A DNA stretch of 64,000 nucleotides from Octopus sinensis (Eukaryota): NCBI RefSeq assembly GCF_006345805.1, contig NC_042999.1, positions 122,512,001 to 122,576,000 on the forward strand. The letters are read 5' to 3'. Made by a program: the position numbers and the translations under genes. Shown piece by piece: positions 25,254 through 39,184 of this stretch (positions are counted from its first letter, which is position 1; each line of letters opens with the position of its first letter). The notes under the pieces are model-generated. The model was not told the DNA's origin and ran no database searches. It was given only the letters and a program-made list of their open reading frames with translations.

Positions 25254-27616
25254 CCATTGTGTAATTTTTTAAGCTCTCTCATCAAAAATTCCTGTAAAGG
25301 AACATTGACTTACAAATATTTCTATTAATTATGAGTCAATTGAAATAAATAAAGTTCTAAACAGATAAAAACAAAAATTGATGAAATAATGTTATCTAAT
25401 CATTTTTTCCTGGTAATTTTTCCCAGTAACCTAAGTAAGATTCATTATGTCAGTATCTCTAAAGAAGAAGCTTCTGTCTACGACAATTCATGGGGTGCAC
25501 TTCAAGACACTATAGTGTTTCAAAGTCCACGTACACTAGTTATGAACACATGTCACTTTAAGGGAGATGTTTCTAATAATGAATAACAACAGTGGTTAGA
25601 TATTCATATTTGAATCTGTCAGAATGTAACATGAATGAATAGATATGCTATTGCTTGGATCCTTGCTGTTTTTTGTGCATCCCATTAATCGTTATCTATT
25701 TGGCAGACATCTGCACAAACCAACAAATAGTTTGTTGATTCTAGTAAAAACGAGCTCATGCTCTTGTGAGATTCATCATTTCAGGGTAAATTTGATTGAA
25801 GAGGTGCACAACACAGTTGAAATACCATGGTCTTTTGAAGTCTCCTTACACTGATGAACCTTGTGAGTTATGAATGCTCATCACTTTAAGGCCATAGTTA
25901 TATTATTCTTATGTCTGTGCTTAATGTTAAATTATATTCCTCACTTGTTTTGCTTGTTGATATTTTGCAGTAATTATAACTGTAGGTATATCTATATTAA
26001 ATTTGAGACTAATTAAGTAAGTTTCCTGTCACTTAATAATCATTTTTTGATGTAAAATCTTTAAACAATTATAAAGTAACAGAAGTGTAACTATATATAA
26101 CTTCTTGTATTATTCTACATTCTTAACACATTTCTTCATCATAAATCTTTGGTATGCATAAGATATTTCACAATATCAAATTATCAACCAGTATGTCCAG
26201 ATGCACATTTTACTTGATAGAAGTTGTAAAATAAAAATCATTTCATGTCTTGAGGATTAAAATAGCGATTTTTAAATTATTATTTTCAAAATGTGTAAAG
26301 AGAAAAGCAACTTCAATTTTCAGTGTAGACTGTCTTTTTATTTCCAGTTTTTATTGCAGTTAATTTAGCAACTGCCTCATCTATTAAACAACTAGTTGCT
26401 AGTTCTCTTTACTGTATAATTTTTATTTTATCTTATTTACTAATTTTTTTGTTGCCATATTGATTAGCCAATAAACTATTTCAAAATGATCTTCAATATT
26501 TCTTAATTTCATTTAGTTGGACTATTTAGATTTCTTCCCACTCACTTATTCTTGCTAACTTGTTTGACCCACAATTCAAGTACTTTGAAACAGAATATTT
26601 TCTTCATATGAATATTTTCAGCAATACGTCTGAAAAAAAAATGGTAAGTGTCTAAACTAATAAGAACATTAAAAGTTTATTTTTCTGCATGAAAAGTGGG
26701 TTTCAATAATTTCATACGAATTCTTTTTTCATCCATAAGCATCTGGAGCACATAGTATGTGACTATAATTATAGTTTAGGAATTCTGAATAGAAACTAAT
26801 TTATATCTGAATTTTTCTTTAATATATTCTTATAACCTATCTCAATCTTTTATGTAAAAGATTGGAAATATGTACATGAATGCATTATTTATAAGAAAGC
26901 TTCAGCAGAGCATTATGAATAAATTCACTACTGGAGTGTTTTAAATTTTCTTTGAGTTACAAATAAAAAAGAAAATTAATGATTTATTATAATTTATTTT
27001 CCTCACAAGAACATTCCAAATAAAGATTAAATCTGATTATGGGGATATCTTACAAGCAGAAAACAAGTGAATTACTTAGATTTTTGTTATATATGAATGT
27101 CTGCATCCTTTAGTCATTATGTTGATTTTAAAGCTAAGCTATCTTTAAGAAATAATACATTTTCATTTTTAGTTTTATTTTTATCAAAAGTAGATTCATT
27201 CTTTTAGTGGGAAACATAAATTAATCTTTCCATTGTATTTATTTGTATATAATTTCTATTTTTCTTTTTTTTTAGGGAAAAATAAATTTTATCAATAATT
27301 TTTAGTACTTAAGATCATATAATAATATGAAAAGTATTAGCAATATTAGAATTGTTAAGTATATAATATGTATTTAACTTAGGTATTTCAGTATTATCTA
27401 TAAAATACTATTAAAGATATCTGAAGGCAACCCATTTCAAGTCCTGATTGATTTAGGATGGAAGATTTTTAAACATACTCTTTTCTTGAATATTTCCTTC
27501 TGATACAAACATTGCCAGTAACTAGAATGTTTCAAGTATAACTATTTAAACCTTAGTATTTCTAAGGTACACACAGATATAAACCATTATTAATAAGTAA
27601 AATAAAACACTCCAAG

Positions 27617-28330
27617 GTGTTGAAAAATGTTGACATTTATCCAGAGACATACCATTCAAATAAGAATAGCTGGATTACAACTGAAATTATTAAAGTCCAG
27701 AGCACACTGCAGACAACTGTCAAATTCTTCTTATCCTGGACAACTGTTGAAACTGAATTTCTAGTTAAGAAAAATGTTTATACAATGTATTTACCCCCCA
27801 ACTACATGTCCCTTATCCAACCTTAAGAAAAAGGAATACTATACTCTTTAAATGAAGAATATCACTAATTTTCACGAAATATGTTAAATGCTGCAAATAA
27901 TGGCAGGTCTGTACTGACATTTCTTAAAGAATTTATCATGAAGGATGTTCTTTAGTTCATTGCTAAAGGATAAGAGAAGGTGAAAGCATCAACACTAAAG
28001 AAAAGCTGAAATAAGTTATGACTTGCCTTGGTGTTTGATAATCTGCTGAAAATGTTGACATCAGTTTCACAAACATTAATTTATTAAAAGGGAAATGTGT
28101 TTGTGAGTTCCTTGAGTAAACAAAGTGTTACAGGACCTGTTTCCAAGGATAAAGTAAAATAATATTAATGAAGAAAATCTTGTTGAGTGGATGAATATTA
28201 ATGAAGAAACACTGTTTTGAATGCTTATAAAGAAACATGGGAAGTGATGAAGATAACAATGTTGAAGATAAAACAGCTATAATGTAAGGATTTCCGCATG
28301 TTAGGTTGAGTTGCTGAATGAAGCAATCAA
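27617..28330 (+). mobile_element. Decayed pogo/Tigger-like transposase
   Basis: Mixed frames give YHSNKNSWIT...ILLILDNC...MYLPPNYMSLIQP*EKGI...FLKEFIMKDVL, matching 'NxKAWMT...LLILDNCPAH...FLPPNTTSLIQPLDQGII'. Confidence 0.75.
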
Positions 28331-28584
28331 AGAGATAGTGTAACATGCTACCTTTTCCAAACAAGTAGTAGTGAATTTACTTTTTTGTGTGAAAAATTAC
28401 ACTGGGAAAGATGAAAGCACATGAAATAACTTTGCATATACACACTTGATATTCCACCAAATCCAAGATCAAATGATCAACTTTAAAATGGACTGCAATC
28501 CTGATAATATTCAGTTTCCAAACCTTCAAGATTAGCTTTACAGTTTTAACAAAATTCTAATATTTGCCAATTTGAGAAGTGGTG

Positions 28585-28805
28585 CTGGAACATTCTTGGT
28601 TTGAAATTTTGGCACAAGGCAAACAATTTCAGTGGAGGGAGACAACCAGTTAATGGATCTTGTGCTCAACTAGTTCATATTTTATTGAAGCAAAATCAAG
28701 CTCAACATAATTTGAACATAAAACATAAAGAACTGAAAGAAATGTCATTAAGCATTTTATCAGTGTCAGACATGATAACGATTCTGCTAGTTTGCCACCT
28801 TAAGC
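28585..28805 (-). mobile_element. Family B SINE, decayed
   Basis: 'ttggtttgaaattttggcacaaggc...ctaagc/ttaagcatttt..tgataacgattctgctag'. Confidence 0.5.
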
Positions 28806-28854
28806 AAACAAAACTATCGAACAAAAATTAAATGTAAATTTATTAATTACTATA

Positions 28855-29025
28855 CAGGCACTCCATAGGTTATGACAATGAGGGTTCCACTTGATCCAGT
28901 CAACAGAACAGCCTGCTCATAAAATTAATGTACATGTGGCTGAACACTCCACAGGCATGTGTGCCCTTAACGTAGTTCTCAGCATGGGACGGAATGTGAC
29001 AAGGCTGGCCCTTTGAAATACAGGT
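28855..29025 (-). mobile_element. Family C SINE tail
   Basis: Reverse complement matches 34190-34290 ('tacctgtatttcaaagggccagccttgtcacatt'). Confidence 0.55.
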
Positions 29026-31718
29026 ATATATAATCAGTTAGTTGAATAAGATATCTGCCTCTTTGACAGCCTTGAGGCATAAGTCTCTTTTTTCTAGCAT
29101 GCAATGATTTGTTTCAACAGAAATTAGCTACTGAGAAAAAGATACTACTAGCCTAATATTTTGATTTAAGAAAAGCCCAGGAGGAGTCTATTTTAACAAT
29201 GAACAGCTTTCATAGACTTTTTAATAGTTGTTTTGAATTAATAGATAGTTGTTGCAGCTTCCTTTCTTTGTGGAAACAAATCACTGACTTAGGATTTTTT
29301 TTTCAGAAAACCCAGAGAATAATATTAAGAATTTATCTATACTAATAAGCAAGCAAGCCCATGATAATAAATAATGATTGTTTATTAATACAAACATGTC
29401 CATTTCTTTATGTGGAGTTAAATGAGAAGGGAGCTAGACAATTCATTATGGTTAAATTGTTAACCTAGAATTCAGATAGATTCTGTTGAAAATATATTGT
29501 TTGCTATTCAGTATTATATGAGATTTATGAATGTTTTGTGAATTTAGATGAAATTTTTATTCTTTGGTGTTACCACATAGAGACTTTATGTAAATAGGTA
29601 TATGTGTTCCAATTTGTTGTATTGAATGAGAATGTTAATATTTTTTGGAAAATGAAGCACTATTTGTAATTTCAAAGCTGAAACATTTACCTCTTGTTAC
29701 ACATTTAAACAGAAACAATAGTTCATCTTCTTTGAATTGATGCTACACATTTGACAAACTAGGTGATTGAATCAGGAGCCCTCATTTAAACTTACACAAA
29801 ATTTCTATACTTTTGAGCATGAAAAATTAACAATAAATGTGAGGTCAGTCCCAGAACAAAAAAGGATCCGGCATGAAATATTTCAAACTACACTCAACAA
29901 AAGTGATCGTAAAACTATATATTTTTTGCTTGCAATTCAATTATAATTTTTCAAGTGCATTTTCTAATTTGAATGATGGTCGGAGGATGTTGCAAAAACA
30001 TTTTATAAGGGTTTTTCATTGTTGGTTTTGAGAGAACAGGGTGCAAGGCTGGGAAAATAGTGTTCACATTGTAAGGTTAGCCTAGGGCACTGATTTCTCT
30101 GTGTCTACCTTGAAAGTGAAAAATCTTATTGCTGAAGTTGCTTTACTGCACAATAGTGCCTGCTAAGTCAATAGTACCAAATGCTTCATAAGAAGGTATT
30201 TTGTTAACTAAGTCATGACACTTGGGTAATTCAGGAATAAATTGATTGGAACACTCCGTGTCAATGAGCACTTTCAGAGAGGTTTTTTGTGAATAATTTA
30301 AGTCAGTAACAAAGCTTTATTTTAATACAAAAGAAGGAGTACAGACAAGATTAGTAATATTTGATAACAGTCTATTTAGTAATAACCATTTAAATGGCTC
30401 AACACTGTCTCAGTTACATTCAGCATGTTTATAAAGAAGGTACTTTTTTACTTTTAAAATAAAATGCATCGTTTCATTCAAAATACTTACCTAAATACCT
30501 TTTTTGAACAGCATTTTTTAAATTTACAAATATTTAAAGTAAATATTAACTATATTAGGCCACTTTAATGTTAAAGCATTTTCTGCTCTCCTTTTCTGGG
30601 GGCGTTTCTATAGATATAAACCCAAGCAACATTTTCCCATAATAAATTAACAGTATAGAATGTTGTTCTTAATGAATGTGCAATAAAAAGCTTTTTTATT
30701 ATTCAGCAATTAATTGCTGTACTTATCCGTAAGTATAATCATTTCATCTGCCCATTGGTTCCTCAAATATTGGTTTTCCAGATCAACAAAGATATATAAT
30801 GTATTTATCCTGCTGATACTTTTCTATTTTATTGGCAAATATATTTTTCTGTAGTGAACATGTATGTTGTACATGAAGCAAAACATATATTGGTTGTAAA
30901 TTACATTTAATAATCAATAATAATGTTTAAAAACTGGGCTACATTACTGTTCAAGGAGACAAAAGTGCTGGTATACTATATAGAAGCATTACGGTTTTTA
31001 ATCTTTTTAGATGTTGTTGCATATACAAGTATATTGGCACATCTTTTAATAGCATATTGGTGTGTCTACTTAGAATGTACAAAATGTTATTGATATTTTC
31101 TTTTAAAAATTGATAAATTACCAGAACTGCTGTTTTCTACATTTATATAGAAGGAATTCATTTTTGTGTATGTGGACATTTTGATAACTATCTAAACCAA
31201 AACCATTCGATCACTTGAGACTGATTAAATGAATATCATGTGAGACAAGCTCTGCAAACAATTTTTATTTTTAAATATTTAAAGATACAAATATATAAAA
31301 ATTATACATATATTGGCATTTAAGGTGTAAATTTATGTTTAACAACGTTGCCAATACTTCTGTATCCATAGAAAAATGCAGATAATTTCAATATGCCTTT
31401 TTTTTAATTAAGAAAGCTGCTTCATATTACAAATCGAACATTCAGATTGTCAAGTATTGCTGACTTTCTGTCCAATTAACATGCACAAATTCATTTTGTT
31501 ATATTGATAGAAAATGCTGATTTGGTTAATAATTAAAAGCATCTTGTGACCAATTGTTTCACTGTCACATTTTCAATAGTTTTGTTGTAAAAGTGAATTC
31601 TGCATGGAACTAATAAAATCTTAAACATTTTCATTTAACATCTTAATTAAATAAAACAATGACAGTAGTAGCTGCTGCCCCTGTAGTGATAATGAATTAC
31701 TAATGTAACAGAACTTAC

Positions 31719-31751
31719 CTCCTACATTCAGGACATATCTGTCTCAACAAT
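31719..31751 (-). CDS. Candidate 33-nt symmetric micro-exon encoding LLRQICPECR (CxxC)
   Basis: Acceptor 'aaaattcag|', consensus donor 'GAG|gtaagt'; only one frame is open. Confidence 0.25.
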
Positions 31752-32534
31752 CTGAATTTTGAAATTAATTTTTCTTCTTAATACTTGAAATTACATTTGC
31801 TTCCCCATATACTCTCATATATTTTTGTCTTATATAATTCTAAAAAGTTGCTTGCATTACCAACTATATGTTCTTCACTATATTTGATATTTTGAACATT
31901 GTTTCTAGGAAACAAAATTATTAAAAGAAGGCTTTATATCTTAATCTGTTGAACATTCCACTAATTACTGAGTTGAATTGTACTTCAGCTCACATCGTAT
32001 TTTCTTTGTTTTCTCTTCTTTTTCAAGATAATATTAAATTAGTCTTAGCTTCATTAATATTATTTAATATTTTGAAATGCAGACTACAAGAATTAAATTT
32101 CTTTATCACAAATTTTACCATATTCTATTATATTTTTTCTCCTTGAACTATCTTATATAATCTATAATGTATAGTTTTTTATTTTATTCATAGTTTTCTG
32201 TATTCTAAAGGGGACACCTTTTGTATTCATTAATTCAAGAACAATATTTTCTACATTTTAATGTATGCAATATTCAGTATATATTGTCTATAAGACATAA
32301 ATAATGTATTGCATCTCCCACCATAAAAATTATAATTATAAATAGATGAATTAACAAGTAAGCAAATAAATAAATCAGATATCATTTTCACAAAAGAAAA
32401 ATGGAAAACAGAATTAAATCTGAAATCAGCAACAAACTCCGCAAGTAAAGTAATTCAGAAAAATATATTTTAAACAGCAGTCCTCAAGAAGATCTGTCCA
32501 CAACAGCTGAGTTGCTGGTGCCACATCAAAATCA

Positions 32535-32732
32535 CTGGTGATGGCACCACACAAAAGCTCTCAGTACACTTTGTGGAGTGGTTGGCATTAGGAAGGGCAT
32601 CCAGCCATAGAAAACATTCCAGAACAGACAATGGAGCCTAGCACTGCCCCTGGCTTTACCAGCTCCAATCAAACCATCCAACCTATGCCAGCATGGAAGG
32701 CAGGCATTAAAAGTTGTTGCTGTTGTTGTTGT

Positions 32733-32776
<44 letters not shown>
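32535..32776 (+). mobile_element. RTE-type 3' end with long (GTT)n(GAT)n tail
   Basis: 'ggagtggttggcattaggaagggcatccagcc...catggaaggcaggcattaaa'. Confidence 0.8.
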
Positions 32777-32778
<2 letters not shown>

Positions 32779-33249
32779 AACAACAGCAGCCAATGGTCGA
32801 AAGAATACATTTGAAGACCTATCTACCAAAGATCTGCTGTACTTAACATTATGAAGATTTGCTCTGTCTAAAAGCATTACAAATAATAACCATTTATCTT
32901 GAAATTTATGCTTGAAAGTTATTAACTGTCTTAATAAATAGAAACGAAATTAAGAATTTGTTAAATATTCAAAGTTAAAGATACTTTACAACAGTAATAA
33001 TGCATCTTCAGAAGTGAGTAAGAAAAATAAAGACAACAAACAAATAAAATATTCCTTCAGCCTGTATGAACTGACCAACAACTGACAAACAGATGCAGTA
33101 AATAAGTGTCAGGTGCTAGAATGGCTGATACCTTATAGTATATATCTAATAGAGAAGTAAATGGAAAATGTTGTAACATCTCTTCCAGGGTTTCAATTCC
33201 ACATCTGCTGTAAACTGTATAGTTGTGCTAGGTAAAGATTCCCTATGGT

Positions 33250-33560
33250 TATCAATGGCCATGGAATTACACCTAAAAAGTTACCTTCCAAGGCACAAGT
33301 CCAGGCAAGGTTATTTATAGAAACCAGCAGTCACCCACCCATGCATTCCAGTCTCCACTCTCCATGCCACCGATGTTATCCAAGGGAAAGGCAAAGGCTG
33401 ATATAGCTTGGTACCAGTGACATCAGAATTCATTTCTACAGCTGAGTGAACTGGATCAATGTGAAATAAAGTGTCTTGTTCAAGAACACGACACACAGCC
33501 CGGTCTGCGAATCAAACTCAATACCTTATGATTGTGAGCCCGATGCTCTAACCACTACAC
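33250..33560 (-). mobile_element. Family C SINE
   Basis: 'ctacagctgagtgaactggatcaatgtgaaataaagtgtcttgttcaagaacac' plus tRNA-like head ending near 33560. Confidence 0.7.
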
Positions 33561-34061
33561 TAAAGTGAGGCCTTGATCACCTGTATTTGTAGATTTAAAT
33601 TGAATAGCCACAGAAATATATTAGTGACCAATCAACAGGAGTCTCAGACCACATTGTATTACATATATTTAATGTATAAGATGGAAATAATCATAACATG
33701 ATTAGTAAAATTCAAATACCACATCTGCTGCAAGCTATTAGTGTTAAACACTGCATCTAAGTGAATCACAAACTTTGACTACCTACATCAGTAGATGTAA
33801 ATTAAGTAGCTACAGTAACATACTGTAATATATTTTAAATGGTTTGTAACTTTCATCTGTTTTACCACTTCTATCACAGTCCTTAATCTCTATGTTTAAC
33901 TTTTTATCTCTCTTCCTGCTCTACATGGAAAGTCTTGCTTTTTGAGTATCATATCCTCTTTCTCTTTCTTTCTCTACCTCAATTCACTTTCATTCTTATT
34001 CTCTCACTCTTTTTCTTACTCCATTATTGTTTATTTCTATATTTCTTCTGTGTTCTCTCTG

Positions 34062-34530
34062 GTGAAGGCATGTGGCTTTTGACTTACAATTGTAAAGTTG
34101 TGAGTTCAATACCTGATGGCATGTTTCCTTGAGCAAGACACTTTATTTCATGCTGCTCCTGTCCATTCAGCTGGCAAAAATGAGTAGTACCTGTATATCA
34201 AAGGATCGGCCCTGTCATATTCTGTATCACACTGAATCTCCTTAACAACTGCATTGTGGTTATGTATGTTTGTGGAGTGCTATCCACTTGCTTGCACATT
34301 CTTGTGAAGGCATGTGACTTAGTGGTTTGTGTATGTGGCTCATGATCATTTAATTTTGAATTCAATTATCAATAGCACGTTGTGTCCTTGACCTAGACAC
34401 TTTATTTTACATTACTTCTGTCCACTCAGCTGGCAAAAGTGAGTTGTACTTGTAGTTAAATGGACCAGCCTTGTCACATTTGATATGTCACGCTGAATCT
34501 CTCTGAAAACTATATTAAGGGTATGCATAT
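34062..34530 (+). mobile_element. Two tandem family C SINE copies (~34062-34290, 34305-34530)
   Basis: Both have 'gaaggcatgtg(g/a)ctt...ccttga(g/c)c(a/t)agacactttattt...gtcca(t/c)tcagctggcaaaa'. Confidence 0.7.
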
Positions 34531-34605
34531 TAGTATCACTATACTATATAGTATCACTATACACACACACACACATCATATATACATATACATAATATGC
34601 ACATA

Positions 34606-35482
34606 TAGGGTATGATGGGTACATTGTCACCATTTTATATTTTTAATTTCATGCATGCACATTGTTTCATTTTGTTTTTATTGACCACACAGTATAGTAG
34701 AATTAGTTGGGCACTGTCTTTGAGAAAAACAGCACCTGACACACTTCACCCTGCATAAATTTGGAAATGACATGCTGTACTACTTGGCATTTGCTCTGGA
34801 AGCTCTAATGCAAACATTCAGAGTGTTTAGATGTCAATCTGAGGACAGTGCAATCTAAGGACATGTACTGAGAGTGATAAAAATCAAACATCCAGTCAAC
34901 ATCATGGTGTTTGGAGTGATCACTAGTGATGGTGACATTATGCCTCCATTCAATTTCCCACACAACCTCACACTCAACATGGATGTCTACATTAAGTGCC
35001 TGGAGGAGGTAGTGCTATCCTGGGTCAAGAGGGTGGCTGCTGGAAGACCCTGTGCCTAGCAACAGGATTCTGCACTATGCCTCACAAGCAGGAGAACCCA
35101 TGGCTGTCAGACAATTTCTGTGACCACATCGCCCTAACGTCTGACCACCTAACTCTCCAGACTGCAACCCCTTGATTATTATGTGTGGGGAGCAGTTGAG
35201 TGAGAGACCAACAAAACTCCTTGTAACACCAAATATGAACTGAAGACAAGGATTATGGCATTCACCAACTTAAACAAGAAGACCGTCCAGAAGAGCTGCA
35301 GAAGATTTCGAAGTCATCTGGAGGTTGTGATTGAAGCCAATGGCGATTTTATTGAATAAATTTACTCTTTAGCATTTCAAGATACTTTTATGTAATTTTG
35401 GTAAATATATCTATTAAAATGAGATGTCAGTGTTATTTTCCTTTTTGCATAATTTTGACAACAATTTATTCACAGAACCCTG
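34606..35482 (+). mobile_element. Internally deleted Tc1/mariner element, DD37D (maT)-like
   Basis: TA-flanked (T/C)AGGGT...ACCCTG ends. Reconstructed KHPVNIMVFGVITSDG...QQDSALCLTSRRT..WLSDNFCDHI..PPNSPDCNP.DYYVWGAVE; 37-residue spacing inferred after restoring small deletions. Confidence 0.85.
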
Positions 35483-36474
35483 TATATATAGTGTATGTGT
35501 AATAAACATACATACAGTATATGTGTATAATATACACACTTATATATATATATGTATAATGTGTGTGTGTGTGTGTGTAAGAAACTCATTTATTGGATGT
35601 TGTCTTTAATCTATTTTTTTTATGCCTCTGTTATTAAAATAAAGAAAGCATTCAGTATCCTGCAGTGATGTCATCCAGAATTGCCATGGCTAAGGTGGAT
35701 ACAGAACTAATAGCATATAAACTAGGGCTCATCATAACTCTTCATATAATTTCCTTTACAGTTCCAGTGGTTTTCCTCTGAGTCCTCTGACTTTCTAATG
35801 TTATCAGAATGACTTTATTTCCATGGCTGGCTTACTTCCTAACACTCAGTTCTATACTCACATTCCAAATTATTTTGATGATTAACAAATATTAGAAATA
35901 TAAGATAATATATGTTCAGTGATATTTTTAAGTAAAACAACACTGTTTTCACATTAATTTAATCCACTGTTTCTATCCAGAAGTAAGATATATGTCACTT
36001 TCACACTTAATTTACAAAATATACTACTGATGTTGACTACCTATCAATAGCACCATGCAGTAGATACAAGACTGCTATACATGTTCTGAAAAACAATTTC
36101 CTTCCATATATGAAATTTTCAAAAGAAATGTCCAGCGTTCTATTTAGCCAAATTGCCCTCTACTCTGGTACTAATGACAACTAAGTGCCTTAAGTTAGTG
36201 GAAAAACTGAAGTAAACAAATGATAAAGGGTTAAAAGGAAATGAAAGAAAATTTGTTGCTCTCTTTAGAAAATACGTGACTGAATAATTCCCTTTGGGGA
36301 TATATCAAAGCAAAACTTGGAATAAAGCAGAAGTTAGAGTAGATATAAGTACAAACTGAAGAATATTTTAATTAAACAGTTGATCAACATTTTAGTTTTT
36401 ATAGATTCTAATCCACTCATGCCAACTGTTAAAACAAAGAGTTATATTTCTTAAATATAATTATATCAGATATT

Positions 36475-36695
36475 AGTATTGGTTTCAAATTTTGGCCCAA
36501 GGCCAGCAATTTCAGGGAGTGGGTAAATCGGTTACATCAACTCAAGTATTCAACTGATACTTATTTTATCTACCCATAAAGGATGAAAGGCAAAGTCAAC
36601 ATCAGCGGATTTTGAACTCAGAATATAAAGACAGGCAAAATGCCACTAAATGTTTTGCCTGGGATGTTAAAGATTTTGCCAGCTCACCACCTGAT
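36475..36695 (-). mobile_element. Family B SINE
   Basis: 'ggatgaaaggcaaagtcaacatcagcggattttgaactcagaa...gattttgccagctcaccacct'. Confidence 0.75.
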
Positions 36696-38289
36696 ATCAG
36701 ATGTTAATATTAACTTGTAATCTGATTGCGAATATCTGATATTCAAATAAAATTTCTGTTTCATATGCCAAGAAATTATAATTAGAGATGGAAGGAAAGA
36801 AAATATTTCAAATTAATAGTTAATGAACTTCTAACTTTTGGCCTAATATTCTCATATGTTTTAAATACAATTCTGCTATTGTTCTAACAACTTTGATTTT
36901 AGGATATCCAGTATGTATTCACCCTCAAATAATTTCAATGATAAATAGTCTTCATCTGTTGGATGCAAGTGGAAAGAATTACATAACCAACAGCTTTTTC
37001 TAATAAATATTATTCATTTGCAACAGTTTAACCACAAAATGATAGAAAAATCTTTTGAGAGACACCATTAATTCACCATTAAATCCATGGTAACTAAAAC
37101 AAACTTCTATACTTGCGAGGAAAATTGTCCAAATTATAATGGTCAGCAATTTTGATGACCTTCTTTCAATGCTCTCACCCTCAATCCTAGTTTCAACGTC
37201 TAGTGCTTCAGTTTTCATGACCTTAGTTTAAAATATTGATGCTTCCCTTTGTTTCACACAGAGGTGTTAAATTGTACCATTTTTCCTATAGTCATTAAAG
37301 AGTAATATAGCAGATTCTAATAATTTACAGAATGATAAAAATTTTCTTTTATGTGCGTTAAAGCAATTTTTACGTGCCAGAATTAGTGATGTATAAATGA
37401 AAAGTAAATTATCAATATCAAGCAGATTTATGTCCTCTTTCATACAGTCAAGATTTTTACAAGCCTTAGGTCTAGCTTTCACTGTCCATAATAATAATAC
37501 AGAAATGTATTAGAAATAAAATAAAAAGAGCTATTTCAGAAAAAAATTGAGCTAAAATATATTATGGATATTTCCTTACCTATGTCAGTTAACTTTTCAA
37601 CAATGGGACAATCAATTATTTTTCAGTTGAGCAAATGCTGGTATTTACAATTTCATTGCCAAAATTAATGGTTGTTTGACATTTGTAGAGTTTACTATTG
37701 TAGAATGGTATATCAATTTTTGAATATAATAAGAATTTGGAATAATTTTTTAAATGCTCACAAGTTAGTATTGATTCAATTTATGAATTCTATATATGTG
37801 CTGATATTGTCATTTTCTTTTTTTTTTTTTTGTTCTTTTTGCTGTTAATGTTTTTTTGCACAATTTAATATGAGACTATTTCAAGTATTCCTCTCCTTTT
37901 TAACCAGCAGATTTTTCATGTGATCCTCTTTCAGTGGCATAAAATTCAATAGGTAATAAACCACATGTCATTATTTGAATAAAAAAAAATATTAACAAAC
38001 TAAAACTCAGACAATATAAACAATGCAGATACAATGCCACAAAACTTTGCTAATAGCAAAAGATATATGAATTTTTTGTAATAGGATGAAAGTATTTAAA
38101 ATTTCTCACTTTATAGGGCATATTTCCATAATTCATTTTTTTTCAAAACACATTTGTTTTTACCTTTCAAAGGGAAAAGATTTGTGATCTCTTGCGGGGA
38201 CATATTAAGTTTATTAAGGTTTCATATATATCTGACAAAGAACATAATAATACTAATCTTGAAAAAAATTCTTACCTGATAACAACAAC

Positions 38290-38625
38290 ATTACTTCAAT
38301 TTTAAATGTAGTAGTTTTCACTTCTATTGGTAGTAAAAGTTTTCTGATTTAGAACCCATACACTGGCACAGATTTGCAAATAAACAACTATTTTATAGTT
38401 TGTGTTTCAATGAAGTTGATAATTTAACTTGATATCTTGTATTCCTGCACTTAAATCTGATGGTATTTTTAGCCACAAATTCTTTGTGATGAATCATGAA
38501 GTAAGTGAATGTAGGAGAAACACTGCTTAGGTTTACCTTGAAATCTTAAAATTTTACCCCATGTTGCTGCTAAGCCATCAGTACATACACAAACATTGTT
38601 ATTCCATTCAGACTGTGATTCCTAA
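38290..38625 (-). mobile_element. Decayed hAT (Charlie/ZBED5-like) transposase
   Basis: EWNNNVCVCTDGLAATWGK...MIHHKEFVAK...NSCLFANLCQCMGSKSE.LLLPIEVK matches 'W..C.GxCTDGAxAMxGK...HCxIHRE...NSRLF..LC..MG....LL.HTEVRW'. Confidence 0.75.
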
Positions 38626-38864
38626 AAAATAATTTTCTACTTTCAGGAAAACATCTTTCCTTGTTCTATTTTCACTCTAAAGATCAACAAGCAAAGCACA
38701 ATGTCCTTAATACTAATATGTGAGAAGCATATGTAAAATCAATTGATTTGTTCAACTGAATCACAAACTTCAGCCCTCTTTTAATTATTTCAGTAAATTA
38801 CACAATGTGGTTATTGTTTATTACTACAAAGATTTTTTACATGCCTTTTCATTTATCTTTTAAT

Positions 38865-39047
38865 TGTTTCAGTCATTGGACTTTGGCCATGCTGGAGTGC
38901 CATCTTGAAGCACTTAGTTGCACAAATAGACCACAATACTTATTCTTTTTTTTTAGCTTGGTACTTATTCTATCAACCTCTTTTGCTGAACCATTAAGTT
39001 ACAGGGACATGAACAAACCAACACTGGTTATTAAGCAGTAGTGGGGG

Positions 39048-39050
<3 letters not shown>
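38865..39050 (-). mobile_element. Family A SINE 3' half
   Basis: 'ttgtttcagtcattggactttggccatgctggagtgcc...gtacttattctatc'. Confidence 0.7.
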
Positions 39051-39092
<42 letters not shown>

Positions 39093-39142
39093 GGCAGTGC
39101 ATCAGCATGGCCGCAGCTCTGAGCTGAAACTAAGAAAAAAAA

Positions 39143-39180
<38 letters not shown>

Positions 39181-39184
39181 TATA

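Noticed and set aside
26594-26650. Consensus donor ATG|GTAAGT with short upstream open segment
   Set aside because: Too short, not phase-compatible with the 16.1-kb candidate, and such 7-mers are expected by chance
38270-38625. Apparent minus-strand exons with good AG/GT signals
   Set aside because: The translation is hAT transposase, so the splice-like signals are probably incidental
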